This document shows positions 39,064-49,923 of a DNA stretch of 64,000 nt, in pieces. Every line of letters begins with the position of its first letter. Positions within the stretch are counted from its first letter, which is position 1. The position numbers were made by a program, and so were the translations under genes. The notes beneath the pieces are model-generated. The model was not told where the DNA came from, ran no database searches, and saw only the letters and a list, made by a program, of their open reading frames with translations. Origin of the DNA: Crocinitomicaceae bacterium (GTDB taxonomy: Bacteria > Bacteroidota > Bacteroidia > Flavobacteriales_D > Sanyastnellaceae); the NCBI GenBank assembly GCA_002722795.1, contig PBMY01000003.1:13848-77847 (forward strand). Direction: 5' to 3'.

Positions 39064-39948
39064 TCAGCTTAACACAGCAGACTCTGTTGCGAAAGCTCTG
39101 TCAACTTTTCTGAACAATCCCTGAAGCACCTTACCTGGACCAACTTCTGTAACAGAAGTAGCTCCGTATAAAATCATAGCCTCCATACTTTGCGTCCATT
39201 TAACCGGTGCTGTAAGTTGAGAAACTAAATTTTCCCTAATCGTTTCTATGTCAGTTTCTGCTTGTGCGCTTACATTTTGAAATATTGGGCACTTGAGCTC
39301 AGACATTTGGGTAGCTTCGATTGCTGATGCAAGTTTTTCTCTTGCAGGCTCCATTAGGGGAGAATGGAATGCACCTCCAACAGGAAGCATCAAGGCTCTT
39401 CTTGCACCTGCCTCAGTTAACTTTTCGCAAGCAGCTTTTACAGCTGGAATCTCACCTGATATAACAAGTTGTCCAGGGCAGTTGTAGTTAGCTGCTACGA
39501 CAACTCCATTTGTAGAATTGCAAATATCTTCTACTACTTTGTTTTCTAGTCCAAGTACTGCAGCCATTGTCGATGGTGTTGCTTCGCAAGCTTCTTGCAT
39601 GGCATTTGCACGAGCTGAAACTAGTTTAAGGCCATCACGAAATGAGATTCCTCCAGCTACAACCATTGCGCTAAACTCACCTAGACTATGACCAGCTACC
39701 ATGTCTGGATTTATTTTTTCTCCTAAAACTTCAGCAAGAATAGTTGAATGCAAGAATATTGCAGGCTGAGTTACTTTAGTCTGCTTTAAATCTTCTGGAC
39801 TTCCATTAAACATAATCTCTGAAATGTTAAAGCGCAACACTTCATTTGCTTCTTCAAATCTTTTTTTAGCGATGTCCGATGCATCGAATAAATCTTTACC
39901 CATGCCAGGGTATTGTGCTCCTTGTCCAGGGAAAACAAATGCTTTCAT
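39064..39948 (-). CDS. fabD: Malonyl-CoA:ACP transacylase
   Basis: FVFPGQGAQYPGMG, active-site GHSLGE, and GGAFHSPLM. Confidence 0.95.
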   Translation of the reverse strand: MKAFVFPGQGAQYPGMGKDLFDASDIAKKRFEEANEVLRFNISEIMFNGSPEDLKQTKVTQPAIFLHSTILAEVLGEKINPDMVAGHSLGEFSAMVVAGGISFRDGLKLVSARANAMQEACEATPSTMAAVLGLENKVVEDICNSTNGVVVAANYNCPGQLVISGEIPAVKAACEKLTEAGARRALMLPVGGAFHSPLMEPAREKLASAIEATQMSELKCPIFQNVSAQAETDIETIRENLVSQLTAPVKWTQSMEAMILYGATSVTEVGPGKVLQGLFRKVDRAFATESAVLS

Positions 39949-39958
39949 AAAAGTAATT

Positions 39959-42900
39959 TTAGCGTACTAAGTATAAGTGACCTGTTTCGGTGCGGGCACC
40001 TAGGCCGTCTACCATTTTAATCTCAATTCTCCAACTATAAGCTTCTGTACCGCTTATGTAATGTGTTGCTGAACCGTCAATCTTATTGTCACCAACCCAA
40101 GGTTCTCCGGGAGTATTAGAGAAATAAACTAGCTTACCCCACCTATCATATACCCAACACTCGTATTGAGCTATTAATTCTTGACCACTAATGACAGGGA
40201 ACCAAGCGTCGTTATTTCCGTCGTTGTTGGGGGTAAACGAATTTGGAACAAAAATTTGAAGCAGATTATTGACGTTTATAGTTTGTGTACTTATATCAGT
40301 ACAGCCATAATCGTTTGTAACATGAAGCTGAACAGTATATGCGCCATCAGCATAGTATTCATGCGACGGATTGAACTCTGAAGAACCATCTCCATCTCCA
40401 AAAGACCAAATATATTCAGTTCCTCCTTCAGTGAGATTAACGAAATTCACAATTGGCTCTAATACATCGATAAATTCTGGATCAGTAGTAAAGTCTGCAA
40501 TTGGATGATACCAAGCCTCAAATGCGTCATCAATTTCTAAAGTAACTGAACATCCTTCATCTGAAGTAACAGTGAATTCGGCCTCATAAACACCAGGGTA
40601 TTCAATGTCTAAATAGAATGGTGAATTAAAGTTTGTGGGAATAACAAAGCCGGGTACTTCTAACTCAAAGCTTGCTGCACCAGTTGTAGTGTTTAAAATT
40701 TCAATTTGAGTTGGAAGACAAACCGATGTTTGAAAGAACCCAATTTCTGGCAATGGTGCTTCAGCAACTAGGAAGTCTTGGAATGACTGGCTTGAACAAC
40801 CGTATTGATCTAATACATCTAACCCTACTGTAAATGAACCAATTCCTGAAACAGTAAGGGTGGGTGTTTCTCCAAGATTTTCAGTACAAGTGTCTGAACC
40901 TGTTGGGAATAATGTCCATGTGTAAGGAGGATTGCCTGCAGCACAGGTTTGGCCTACAAGATCAGAAGAAGAATTAACTGCATTAATAGTTGCATCATTG
41001 AACTCATCATAACACACTAAAGTTTCTTGTAGGAAGAAATCACTCACTGGAATAGGATGTACTATAATTGGGACAAGCTCGGTGGCTGTACAATTTGGAT
41101 TAGTGGGAGAAATAGCTGTGTAGCTAACCTGATAGATACAATCTCCAATGGAGTAGTCTAAACAGTCAAATGTCATTTGGGTATTATCAACTCCCGTTGC
41201 GTTTTGTCCATTATCAAAATTCCAAGCGGTAATACTTGCAAATTGATTTGTAGCTGTAAAGTTTGCAGTTAGAGGAGAACATCCTTCTGATACATCTGCT
41301 GAAGCAGTAATAACAGGCATCTGAGTAGTGTTTACAAAAACTGTTTGGCTTGATTCACAAGCCGTGCCTGCTTCTAAAACCAACATAACCTCAGCAACTC
41401 CAGTAGCGTAGGTAGGACATTCAGTAAAGGTTTCAGAATTCGAGTGGAGCGCTCCATCTAAATACCAGTCGAATGAGAAAGTTGCTCCATTTGGCTCAGT
41501 ATCCCATTGAATTGCAAGGTTTATACATTCACCTTCACATATTTCAGTGTCTCCTGTTAATTGGAATGTTGTACTTGCATCTATAATGTTGTTATAAGTT
41601 TCAGTAGTAGTACAAGTCAATCCTCCTGTATCAGCATAGCTCGTGCTACCTGTTGCTGTAACATCTAATGATCCGGTAATTGCACTAGTATAGCCAAGAG
41701 AAAGGATGTTAAGACCAATATTAGATCCATCAGGATTAATTGTAGAATTGTCTTCAATTGGTGAAGATGACCATGTATATGATTCTGCTCCACTGATATC
41801 TACTTGAACACTTTGGCCTGTACAAGGAGTACCACTAAAATTGAAATCCAAATCTGGATTAGCTCTTGTCTCAACTGTAATTGATTCTGAAACAACACAA
41901 TCAAATTGACCGTCTGTTAAAATAGAAACTGAAGTTAAAGTAGCTGTTGCAACGAAGATAGAGCCATCAGGAGCTGTGTCATAATAGTACCCGTCAGTAA
42001 ATGGAGTTGCACCATTAGTGTCCCAAGTAATATTACCATTTGCTAATACATCAATGTAAAATGGTTCTCCTTCACAAATTATTGGAGCACTTAATGCAAC
42101 ACTTGCACCCTCAAGAACTTCTATTTCTATAACAGATCCTCCTAAACAACCGTTGTTGTGGGTTACTTGGCAAGCAACGATGTTTATACCTGCGTCTTCG
42201 GGGTAAGCAAATGATAAGTCTAAACTGTTATTTACTTCTCCAACAAGAATATTGCCATTTAAAAACCATTCGAAAGTGTAAGTCGAAGGATCCATTCCAC
42301 CTGTACTTACTGTAACTGTTTCGCTTGGTCCACAAATAATGTCATTAGTTACGTCTAGTTGAACAATTGGTGTGTCTAAAATTGGGTAACTGAATATTAT
42401 TGAGCTAGAGCATGTGTGTGTTCCATAATCGATAGTTCCTATTGCATTTCCTGTAAGAGGAGATGTAATGTTTGATGCAAATGTTGCTTCTCCGCCATTT
42501 TGGGAAATAGGAGTAGGACTCCATACATAGGTGTCAGCTCCAGAAGCGTTTAATACAGGATTTTCATCAGCACAAAACGTAGCCCCATTACTCTGAGACA
42601 GTGCTAGTGTTGGATTCTGAGTTACAACAGCATTCGCAGTTCCAATAGTTGAACAAGTTAAATCACCGTCTAATGTTCCAATATTTACAATTTCTCCAAT
42701 AACGTCTACAGCTATTCCATCTCCTACAATCTCTGATTGAGAGTCTGAACCACCACCTGCAATTACAGGGTTTGTAACTGTGAATATTGTTGTAGGCCAA
42801 ACATATTGTGTTGCATTTCCACTCGCTGTAAATGTTGAAAGTTCATTTTCACATGCAGGATCTACAGTTACGGTAATGTCTACAGCATCATATACCTCAA

Positions 42901-43858
42901 TAGGAATTGATTCTGAAGATTCACACCCATTTGCATCAATTACCGTAACGATTATATTCGCAGGTCCAGAAACACTAGTTAAATCAAAGCTATATGTTGC
43001 TTCTGTACCATTTACAACCTCAGTGTGTTGAGTAATTCCATCAATAGACCAATCTAAAATATATGGACCTAGTCCTAAACTGATTTGGGCTTGTACTTCA
43101 GCTTGTTGGTAAGCGCAGTAAGCTTGAGCGTCAGAAACAAGATTTAGTGCTGCTGCCTCGTAAACCTCAAAGGATTGAATGTCAAAAACAGGTTCAGGGA
43201 ATAAATCACCCTGTGCTTGAACTATTAATTGGTGAGAGCCGGGAGTGAGGAATCCAATAATCTCTGTGTTAGCATGTAGTATTGATCCAGGGGCAGTACA
43301 ACTAGATAATCCTGAGAATGTGTCAAATGATGATGATACTGGAGCTCCGTCTAAGAACATGCTGAAGTCAATAGTGTTATTGTTGTTTGACGCCATTTGC
43401 CAAAACACTTCTACCGATCCGTTAGTACAGTTTGAAATGGCAGTGAAGTCTTGGACTATTAATTGGATAGGACCTGCAACAGTTATTTCAGTTTGGTTTG
43501 AAATTGCATTTCCATTGCAATCACTTGCAAAAAGTGTAACATTATAACATCCCTGAGTAATAAACTCTATTGCCAAGTCTTCTGAAGTTGCATTAGTTCC
43601 ATTTACATATACCCAATCTATTCCTTCTGTTCCAGTATCAACAGCCCAAACGTAAGTGACATCTAAACCACAACTTTCGTTTATGGCTGATGATGTATTT
43701 GTGAAGTTTACAATATATCCATCGCCTTCAATACCTGATGATGAATCAACAGTAAAAGAAGGTATCACCATCGAACTTAATTCAGAAGCGGTAACTTTCT
43801 GATTTATTGCGCTTAATGAGATTATTCCAAGAAATAGAAACGTGCGAATTGCTTGCAT
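39959..43858 (-). CDS. Large secreted multi-domain (PKD/Ig-like repeat) protein with T9SS type-B C-terminal sorting domain
   Basis: Signal peptide MQAIRTFLFLGIISLSA. PKD-like module WSFGDGDGSSEFNPSHEYYADGAYTVQLHVTNDYGC. C-terminus IFVPNSFTPNNDGNNDAWFPV...YDRWGKLVY matches the gliding-motility/CHU_C type-B sorting domain, at about 39962-40261. Confidence 0.85.
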   Translation of the reverse strand: MQAIRTFLFLGIISLSAINQKVTASELSSMVIPSFTVDSSSGIEGDGYIVNFTNTSSAINESCGLDVTYVWAVDTGTEGIDWVYVNGTNATSEDLAIEFITQGCYNVTLFASDCNGNAISNQTEITVAGPIQLIVQDFTAISNCTNGSVEVFWQMASNNNNTIDFSMFLDGAPVSSSFDTFSGLSSCTAPGSILHANTEIIGFLTPGSHQLIVQAQGDLFPEPVFDIQSFEVYEAAALNLVSDAQAYCAYQQAEVQAQISLGLGPYILDWSIDGITQHTEVVNGTEATYSFDLTSVSGPANIIVTVIDANGCESSESIPIEVYDAVDITVTVDPACENELSTFTASGNATQYVWPTTIFTVTNPVIAGGGSDSQSEIVGDGIAVDVIGEIVNIGTLDGDLTCSTIGTANAVVTQNPTLALSQSNGATFCADENPVLNASGADTYVWSPTPISQNGGEATFASNITSPLTGNAIGTIDYGTHTCSSSIIFSYPILDTPIVQLDVTNDIICGPSETVTVSTGGMDPSTYTFEWFLNGNILVGEVNNSLDLSFAYPEDAGINIVACQVTHNNGCLGGSVIEIEVLEGASVALSAPIICEGEPFYIDVLANGNITWDTNGATPFTDGYYYDTAPDGSIFVATATLTSVSILTDGQFDCVVSESITVETRANPDLDFNFSGTPCTGQSVQVDISGAESYTWSSSPIEDNSTINPDGSNIGLNILSLGYTSAITGSLDVTATGSTSYADTGGLTCTTTETYNNIIDASTTFQLTGDTEICEGECINLAIQWDTEPNGATFSFDWYLDGALHSNSETFTECPTYATGVAEVMLVLEAGTACESSQTVFVNTTQMPVITASADVSEGCSPLTANFTATNQFASITAWNFDNGQNATGVDNTQMTFDCLDYSIGDCIYQVSYTAISPTNPNCTATELVPIIVHPIPVSDFFLQETLVCYDEFNDATINAVNSSSDLVGQTCAAGNPPYTWTLFPTGSDTCTENLGETPTLTVSGIGSFTVGLDVLDQYGCSSQSFQDFLVAEAPLPEIGFFQTSVCLPTQIEILNTTTGAASFELEVPGFVIPTNFNSPFYLDIEYPGVYEAEFTVTSDEGCSVTLEIDDAFEAWYHPIADFTTDPEFIDVLEPIVNFVNLTEGGTEYIWSFGDGDGSSEFNPSHEYYADGAYTVQLHVTNDYGCTDISTQTINVNNLLQIFVPNSFTPNNDGNNDAWFPVISGQELIAQYECWVYDRWGKLVYFSNTPGEPWVGDNKIDGSATHYISGTEAYSWRIEIKMVDGLGARTETGHLYLVR

Positions 43859-43912
43859 ATGGTTTCTTTGTACAGGTGTGTTTTATCCTGCAAAATACGG
43901 AATTTACTTTAG

Positions 43913-44962
43913 TTATTTAAATCTCTGACTTAGGTCTATCTTCTTGTGATTGTGGAAACGTGCATCATTCTTCTTTCCCTTGCGTCTAGTAATCTGCTCT
44001 TCGTCTGGTAATTTGGAGTAGGTTAAACACTCCGGCGTACAGCATCCACCGTTCTTTTCTTGGCATTTCTCACACTGAATAAACAATAGATTACAAGTCT
44101 TATTCCTACAGTTTACATGCTCATCACAAGGTTCACCACATTGGTGACAATTTGCGATTACATCTTCTGATATTCTTTCACCTAATCGTTCGTCAAATAC
44201 GAAATTCTTACCGATAAATTTATTGTCGATAGTTTCATCTTCTACAAGCTGTCTAGCGTAGTCAATTATTCCGCCATTTAATTGGTTTACATCTTTAAAT
44301 CCGTGATGTTTCAGGTAAGATGAAGCTTTCTCACACCTAATTCCCCCAGTACAATAAAGAAGAATTTTCTCGTCCTCTTTGCCTTTTAGATCTTTAAGAA
44401 CCTTTGGTAGTTCTTCTCTAAAAGTTTCAGACTGTGGGCAAATTGCTCCTTCAAAATGGCCAATTTCACTTTCGTAATGATTTCTCATGTCGACTACAAT
44501 AGCTCCATCATCCATAGCCTCATTCCATGCTTTAGCATCAAGATGAGTTCCAACATTTGAAATGTCATACTCTCCATACTCAAGACCATCAGCAACAATT
44601 TGATTCTTTGTCTTAAGCATAAGCTTGAAAAATGATTTACCATCATCTTCAATTGCAATTTTTTGATGCATGTCCTTGAACTCTTCTCTACTTTGGAGAA
44701 CTTTGATGAAAGCATCCCAGTTGGGTTCAGGAACTGAGATTTGTGCGTTTATGCCTTCTTGAGCAAGATAGACTCGTCCGAATACACAAAGTTTAGACCA
44801 CTCTTTATAAAGAGAGTCTCTCATTGCTTCAGGGTCAGCAATATCTACATAGCGATAGAAAGAAGTAGTTCTTCTTTTAAAATCTTCAGTGTGAAGAGCA
44901 GCGATTGCGTCTTCACGTCCAATACGATTCCTTAGGTTTTTCTTGCCAGCGTTAGGATCCAT
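43913..44962 (-). CDS. trhO: Rhodanese-domain tRNA uridine(34) hydroxylase (TrhO/YceA, UPF0176)
   Basis: YRYVDI ... GRVYLAQEGINAQ ... LLYCTGGIRCEKAS, plus a Cys-rich C-terminus. Confidence 0.82.
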   Translation of the reverse strand: MDPNAGKKNLRNRIGREDAIAALHTEDFKRRTTSFYRYVDIADPEAMRDSLYKEWSKLCVFGRVYLAQEGINAQISVPEPNWDAFIKVLQSREEFKDMHQKIAIEDDGKSFFKLMLKTKNQIVADGLEYGEYDISNVGTHLDAKAWNEAMDDGAIVVDMRNHYESEIGHFEGAICPQSETFREELPKVLKDLKGKEDEKILLYCTGGIRCEKASSYLKHHGFKDVNQLNGGIIDYARQLVEDETIDNKFIGKNFVFDERLGERISEDVIANCHQCGEPCDEHVNCRNKTCNLLFIQCEKCQEKNGGCCTPECLTYSKLPDEEQITRRKGKKNDARFHNHKKIDLSQRFK

Positions 44963-44999
44963 TACAAGTGAATTTAACGAGGCAAAGGTAGGGTTAGAC

Positions 45000-46379
45000 C
45001 TACTTCCCGATACAGAAATGAGAAAAGATATGTCCTAGAATATCATCAGCGTGGACAGCTCCAATAATTGATCCAAGGTGATGCAAGGTTTGTCTTACAT
45101 CAATTGCTACAAGATCAGAAGAGGTGTCTCCATCAAGTCCTATTTTCACAGATTCAAGACTTTTTTTTGCGTTTACTAACGCCTCAAAATGTCTTGCGTT
45201 TGTCACTACAAGAGATGATGCGCTTTCTTTAATACCATGAGATTCAATGAGCAAATTTTTTATTGCGTCAATTCCATCTCCTGAAGAAGCGCTAATTGAT
45301 AATGAATTAGAACAGCCTTCGATTTCACCTAATGGCGCCGACTTAAGATCGCACTTATTCCAAATCACTACCAAGTTTATTTCTTCTGAAATATCTAGTG
45401 AAGAAATTTTAGACCTAGCAGAAATTAAATCTTCCTCAGAAGAATCTAGTATGTATAGCACAGTGTGTGCGCTTGCTGCTTTTTCAAATGCTCTTTTAAT
45501 TCCTTCATTTTCTATTATGTCTGAAGTTTCCCTTATTCCAGCAGTGTCAATGAATCTAAATAAAACTCCATCAATTATACAGGTGTCTTCAATAACATCT
45601 CGTGTAGTACCGGCGATATCAGACACTATAGCTCTTTCATCGCCAACAAGTTCATTCAATAGAGTAGATTTTCCAGCATTTGGTGCTCCAAGTATTGCAA
45701 TCGGAACGCCTGACTTGATAGCATTTCCTGCACGGAATGAATCAGCAAGAGAAGTGACACTACCAAGTAGTTTTTCAATAAGTTCTAAGAAGCGTGTTCT
45801 ATCAGCAAACTCAACATCTTCTTCTGAAAAGTCTAATTCTAATTCTAATAATCCAGCAAATTCAATTAATGACTCGCGTAACTCACCTATCTCTCTAGAG
45901 AAATTTCCTCGGAGTTGTTCAACAGCTAATCGATGTGCGCCAGAATGTTCAGCAGCTATTAGATCTGCTACGGCCTCTGCTTGAGCTAAGTCAAGCTTAC
46001 CATTTAAAAATGCTCGTTGTGTGAATTCCCCTGGACCTGCTAGTCGGCAACCAGCAAGAATCAACAACCTTATTATCTCTCCTTGAATAAATGCAGATCC
46101 GTGAATATTGAACTCAACTGTATCCTCTCCAGTATATGACCCGGGTCCACATAAAACAAGTGCTAGACCTTCGTCAAGAATTGATTCACCATCAATAATT
46201 CTACCTAATACAACACCTCTATCATGTTCAATACCTAGTTTTTTTGAAAAAATAGAAGAAGAGACTGTCAATGCATCAGAGCCGCTTACACGAACAACTG
46301 CAATCCCTCCTGAGCCTGTTGCTGTGGAGATTGCGCAAATAGTTGAACCATCAAGGGCTTGGGGTATTGAATTTTTCAC
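45000..46379 (-). CDS. mnmE: tRNA modification GTPase MnmE
   Basis: G1 motif [19 protein letters not shown], and the C-terminal CIGK. The start is GTG. Confidence 0.95.
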   Translation of the reverse strand: MKNSIPQALDGSTICAISTATGSGGIAVVRVSGSDALTVSSSIFSKKLGIEHDRGVVLGRIIDGESILDEGLALVLCGPGSYTGEDTVEFNIHGSAFIQGEIIRLLILAGCRLAGPGEFTQRAFLNGKLDLAQAEAVADLIAAEHSGAHRLAVEQLRGNFSREIGELRESLIEFAGLLELELDFSEEDVEFADRTRFLELIEKLLGSVTSLADSFRAGNAIKSGVPIAILGAPNAGKSTLLNELVGDERAIVSDIAGTTRDVIEDTCIIDGVLFRFIDTAGIRETSDIIENEGIKRAFEKAASAHTVLYILDSSEEDLISARSKISSLDISEEINLVVIWNKCDLKSAPLGEIEGCSNSLSISASSGDGIDAIKNLLIESHGIKESASSLVVTNARHFEALVNAKKSLESVKIGLDGDTSSDLVAIDVRQTLHHLGSIIGAVHADDILGHIFSHFCIGK

Positions 46380-46469
46380 TATGCAAATTTGAGGAAAGAA
46401 GGGGGAAGATGGAGGAGGTTTGGCCTAAATTTACCTGGCAAGAAAAAACTGCTAAAAAAACAACTACTC

Positions 46470-47339
46470 ATGAGCGTTTTAGTAAACAAAGACTCTAAAA
46501 TAATTGTTCAAGGATTTACTGGTGGCGAGGGCACATTCCACGCTAGCCAAATGATAGAATATGGTTCAAACGTAGTAGGAGGTGTTACTCCCGGCAAGGG
46601 AGGCTCAACTCACCTTGATAAACCGGTATTCAACACTGTTGAAGATGCGGTTAGAAAAACTGGTGCTGATGTGAGCATACTATTTGTTCCCCCAGCATTT
46701 GCAGCAGATGCTATCATGGAAGCTGCAGATGGTGGTATCAAGGTTATCATTTGTATCACTGAAGGTATTCCTGTTGCAGACATGGTAGGAGTAAAGGCTT
46801 ACATTGATCAGAGAGATTGCACTTTAATTGGTCCAAACTGTCCAGGAGTTATGACTGCAGGTGAGGCTAAGGTTGGAATTATGCCTGGCTTCATTTTCGA
46901 GAAAGGTCGAGTTGGAATTGTAAGTAAGTCAGGCACTCTTACATATGAGGCAGTTGATCAGTGTACTAAAGCAGGTTTAGGTCAAACCACAGCAATAGGT
47001 ATTGGTGGAGACCCAATTATTGGTACAACAACACTTGACGCTGTTAAGCTTCTAATGGCAGACGATGAAACAGAAGGGATTATAATGATTGGTGAAATTG
47101 GCGGAGATCTTGAAATAAACGCAGCACGTTGGATTAAGGAAAACTCAACAAAACCAGTTGTAGGATTTATCGCTGGAGTAACAGCTCCAAAAGGCCGAAC
47201 TATGGGTCATGCAGGTGCAATCGTTAGTGGTGAAGACGAAACTGCTGAAGCAAAAAAGCGAGTAATGGCAGAATGCGGTATCCACGTTGTGGATAGTCCT
47301 GCTCATATCGGTTCTAAAATGAAAGAACTAATCGGTTAA
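46470..47339 (+). CDS. sucD: Succinate--CoA ligase subunit alpha
   Basis: [24 protein letters not shown], the SKSGTLTYE region, and [10 protein letters not shown] with the phosphohistidine. I set the start at ATG 46470. Confidence 0.95.
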   Translation: MSVLVNKDSKIIVQGFTGGEGTFHASQMIEYGSNVVGGVTPGKGGSTHLDKPVFNTVEDAVRKTGADVSILFVPPAFAADAIMEAADGGIKVIICITEGIPVADMVGVKAYIDQRDCTLIGPNCPGVMTAGEAKVGIMPGFIFEKGRVGIVSKSGTLTYEAVDQCTKAGLGQTTAIGIGGDPIIGTTTLDAVKLLMADDETEGIIMIGEIGGDLEINAARWIKENSTKPVVGFIAGVTAPKGRTMGHAGAIVSGEDETAEAKKRVMAECGIHVVDSPAHIGSKMKELIG

Positions 47340-47344
47340 TTCGG

Positions 47345-48748
47345 TTATAATTCTCTGAAAACTGGATGTTCAGCCTCTTTCTGCCATTTTCCATTTGTGA
47401 TATCAGGGATGTTTACCCTTTGATTACCTTCGGCTACAGATTTGTCTGTTAAAGCACCGACTATGCTCCAAAGAGCACCATCGTATACGTTTAAGTCAAG
47501 TGCTACTCCGTGATTAAGTGAGCGAATTAGTCTAAACATCATCACGAAATCCATCCCCCCGTGCCCCTGCTCATTGTCTGATATCTGTTCGCGAAGTTTT
47601 GTCCACATTGGGTGAGCATATTTTTCTAAATATTCTTTGTAACTAGCTTCATCCTGCCAACTATGCCAATCTCCATCGTGTTTATCTATATATAACCTTG
47701 AAGGGTAACCGTAGTGAACTGCACCAGTTCCACAAAGCTTGTTAAGCCTGTTGTATGGGCGTCCTGTGTGAACATCAAACTGAAGCATTATGCTTCGGCC
47801 TTTTTCAGTTTTAATTAGAGTAGTGTTTACGTCACCACATACCACCTTATTTGAAATAGCATTCATCACAGGATCGTCAGATTCTCTCAATGCATTACTC
47901 AAAGCGGCCTCGTTTGAACTCATAGAAACAAGGTGACTCAAGTTATCACCTCTTAGAATATCCATGTACATACAAACTGGGCCTAAACCATGAGTTGTGT
48001 AGAAATTTCCGTCGCGTTCTAGGTGATGATTTAATCTCCAACGCTCGTGGTAGTATTCTTTATGTATCAGTAATTCTCGCAAATCGTGTATGTAGGCGCA
48101 TTCGGCATGAGTTAAATCGCCAAAAACTCCTTCCTTCACCATATTCAAAACGAAAAGTTCCTCTCCATTATAGCAGCAATTTTCAATCATTATGCAATGC
48201 CTTTTTGTGCGCTCAGCTGTCTTAATCACCTCAAGGATATCTTGGGCTTTGTATGCCATTGGAACCTCAGTTGCTACGTGAAGACCCTGCTCCATTGCGT
48301 ATGTAGCCATCGGAGCATGCCACCTCCAAGGAGTAGCGATTAAGAGAAGGTCAGCTAGATCTGGATTGCAAATTTGCATCCAAGCATTTTCGTTTGAGGA
48401 TCCGTTTATGACCTGCGGTGAAGTGTTCTGAAATTTTGAAATTCTACTTTGAGCCCGCTCTATGTGTTTTTTTTGTACATCGCAGATTGCCACGATTTCA
48501 CAATGATCGTTACGTACTAACCAATTAAGCATTTCAATAAGAGTAGTCCCTCTATTTCCTAAGCCTACGACACCAACTCTCACCTTTTTTATTGGTGCAT
48601 CTGCGTAGTTAAACATGCTGCCATCTATTCCTGATGAAGCAACAAGTTCTTCGATTTCCAATGGTTTATTTGCTCTGGCAAACGTAGACACTGAAAATAT
48701 TCCTCCTCCACACAGGGCGCTCAATCTTAAAAAGTCTTTTCTAAGCAT
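47345..48748 (-). CDS. Secreted Gfo/Idh/MocA-family NAD-dependent oxidoreductase, GH109-like
   Basis: Tat-like N-terminus MLRKDFLRLSALCGGG, Rossmann block VRVGVVGLGNRG, and a GH109-like length of 467 aa. Confidence 0.7.
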   Translation of the reverse strand: MLRKDFLRLSALCGGGIFSVSTFARANKPLEIEELVASSGIDGSMFNYADAPIKKVRVGVVGLGNRGTTLIEMLNWLVRNDHCEIVAICDVQKKHIERAQSRISKFQNTSPQVINGSSNENAWMQICNPDLADLLLIATPWRWHAPMATYAMEQGLHVATEVPMAYKAQDILEVIKTAERTKRHCIMIENCCYNGEELFVLNMVKEGVFGDLTHAECAYIHDLRELLIHKEYYHERWRLNHHLERDGNFYTTHGLGPVCMYMDILRGDNLSHLVSMSSNEAALSNALRESDDPVMNAISNKVVCGDVNTTLIKTEKGRSIMLQFDVHTGRPYNRLNKLCGTGAVHYGYPSRLYIDKHDGDWHSWQDEASYKEYLEKYAHPMWTKLREQISDNEQGHGGMDFVMMFRLIRSLNHGVALDLNVYDGALWSIVGALTDKSVAEGNQRVNIPDITNGKWQKEAEHPVFREL

Positions 48749-48751
48749 TTT

Positions 48752-49387
48752 CTATGGTTTTAAGTGATACACCCCAGGTTTTCTCGGAGCGAGGATACAA
48801 GTTAATAGTTTTTTGAAGTCCTCGTTGTTTTTCACAAAATCTAAATCTGACGTGTCTATCCAAAGAACCCTTGATCCTCTGTGGAATTTGTAGTGTTCTT
48901 CATATCCAGACCAAACCCTCTCCAAATATCCTTCAGGCATATCCTGCTCATAAGAACGCCCACGCTCAATTATCTGATTCTTCACTTTTTCAATACCAGG
49001 GTTAAGTATGGCGATGACTTCTGGTTTGGGTAATTGCGCCTCCATAAGTCGGAACATTGTTCTAAATAAAATGAATTCACTCTGGGGTAAATTAGCTTTT
49101 GCAAAAATCAAAGACTTTGCAAATGAATAGTCAGCTAAAACTTGCTGCCTAAATAAATTTCGACTACCAAGAGCTTCTCTTAGCTGCTTAAATCTATCCG
49201 CAACAAAGGCAAGTTCAACAGAGAATGCATGGCTTTTAGTGTCTTCGTAAAACCTCTCTAAAAATGGGTTTTCCTCAAATCTTTCAAGTATAAGTTCATA
49301 CCCGTACTGTTTAGCCACGAGCTCGGTGAAGGTGGTTTTGCCGGCACCTATATTTCCTTCAATTGCTATGTATGCGTAGGGTCCCAT
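48752..49387 (-). CDS. Deoxynucleoside kinase (second paralogue)
   Basis: P-loop IAIEGNIGAGKTTF and RGRSYE. It overlaps the folK 3' end by 22 nt. Confidence 0.85.
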   Translation of the reverse strand: MGPYAYIAIEGNIGAGKTTFTELVAKQYGYELILERFEENPFLERFYEDTKSHAFSVELAFVADRFKQLREALGSRNLFRQQVLADYSFAKSLIFAKANLPQSEFILFRTMFRLMEAQLPKPEVIAILNPGIEKVKNQIIERGRSYEQDMPEGYLERVWSGYEEHYKFHRGSRVLWIDTSDLDFVKNNEDFKKLLTCILAPRKPGVYHLKP

Positions 49388-49890
49388 AAAGTTAATTTAG
49401 AATTGTCAGAACAATTTATTAATAATTCTGATACTGAATTTTCTAGTCCAGGTATTTTTAATTTTGGATCTAAATCAGAAAGGGGTTGAAGGACAAACCT
49501 ACGTTTGCTTATTCTTGGATGCGGCACTTCCAATCTTTCATTTGAAACGATTTCTTCTCCAGCAACTAAGATGTCACAATCAAGAGTGCGATTTGAATAT
49601 CCTTCTTCAGTATTTCGTAGACGACCATGAGCTATTTCTATATTCAATAAAACGTCTAAGAGATAATTAAGTTCCAAATTTGTTTCAATACAAATTACAC
49701 AGTTTAAAAAGGAAGGAGTCCCCTCAGGCATACCCCAAGCAGTCGTCTCATAGATGTTAGATATTGTTAAGGTCTTGATAGAACGAGTTTCTATTAATAC
49801 CTTCTCAACAGCTGTAATTGCTGTGTTTATAGTACTCTCTCGATCTCCAATATTTGAGCCCAAACCTATGTATACGTTTCTCATTCTCAT
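49366..49890 (-). CDS. folK: 2-amino-4-hydroxy-6-hydroxymethyldihydropteridine diphosphokinase
   Basis: VYIGLGSNIGDRE ... RTLDCDIL ... VPHPRISKRRFVLQPL. Confidence 0.9.
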   Translation of the reverse strand: MRMRNVYIGLGSNIGDRESTINTAITAVEKVLIETRSIKTLTISNIYETTAWGMPEGTPSFLNCVICIETNLELNYLLDVLLNIEIAHGRLRNTEEGYSNRTLDCDILVAGEEIVSNERLEVPHPRISKRRFVLQPLSDLDPKLKIPGLENSVSELLINCSDNSKLTLWDPTHT

Positions 49891-49923
49891 GACTGAGCAA
49901 GATAAGTCTATATATTAGCAACT

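Noticed and set aside
38887-39072. 61-aa ORF (...MDNIIMERLKTTQLQRKESLGEFLQKKAEILRHQRIKDGLMPQEVKEDFSA) in the 207-bp gap between the MFS gene and fabD.
   Set aside because: It could be a genuine small charged helical protein. However, it is short, has no recognisable family, overlaps the fabD 3' end by 9 nt, and I cannot assess its conservation. The support is not enough to call it.
45247-45984. 245-aa ORF antisense to mnmE. A second ORF lies at 46108-46392.
   Set aside because: It lies wholly inside a strongly conserved gene on the other strand. The translation is low-complexity and Ser/Ile/Ala/Pro-rich, with no recognisable motif. This is typical shadow-ORF behaviour.
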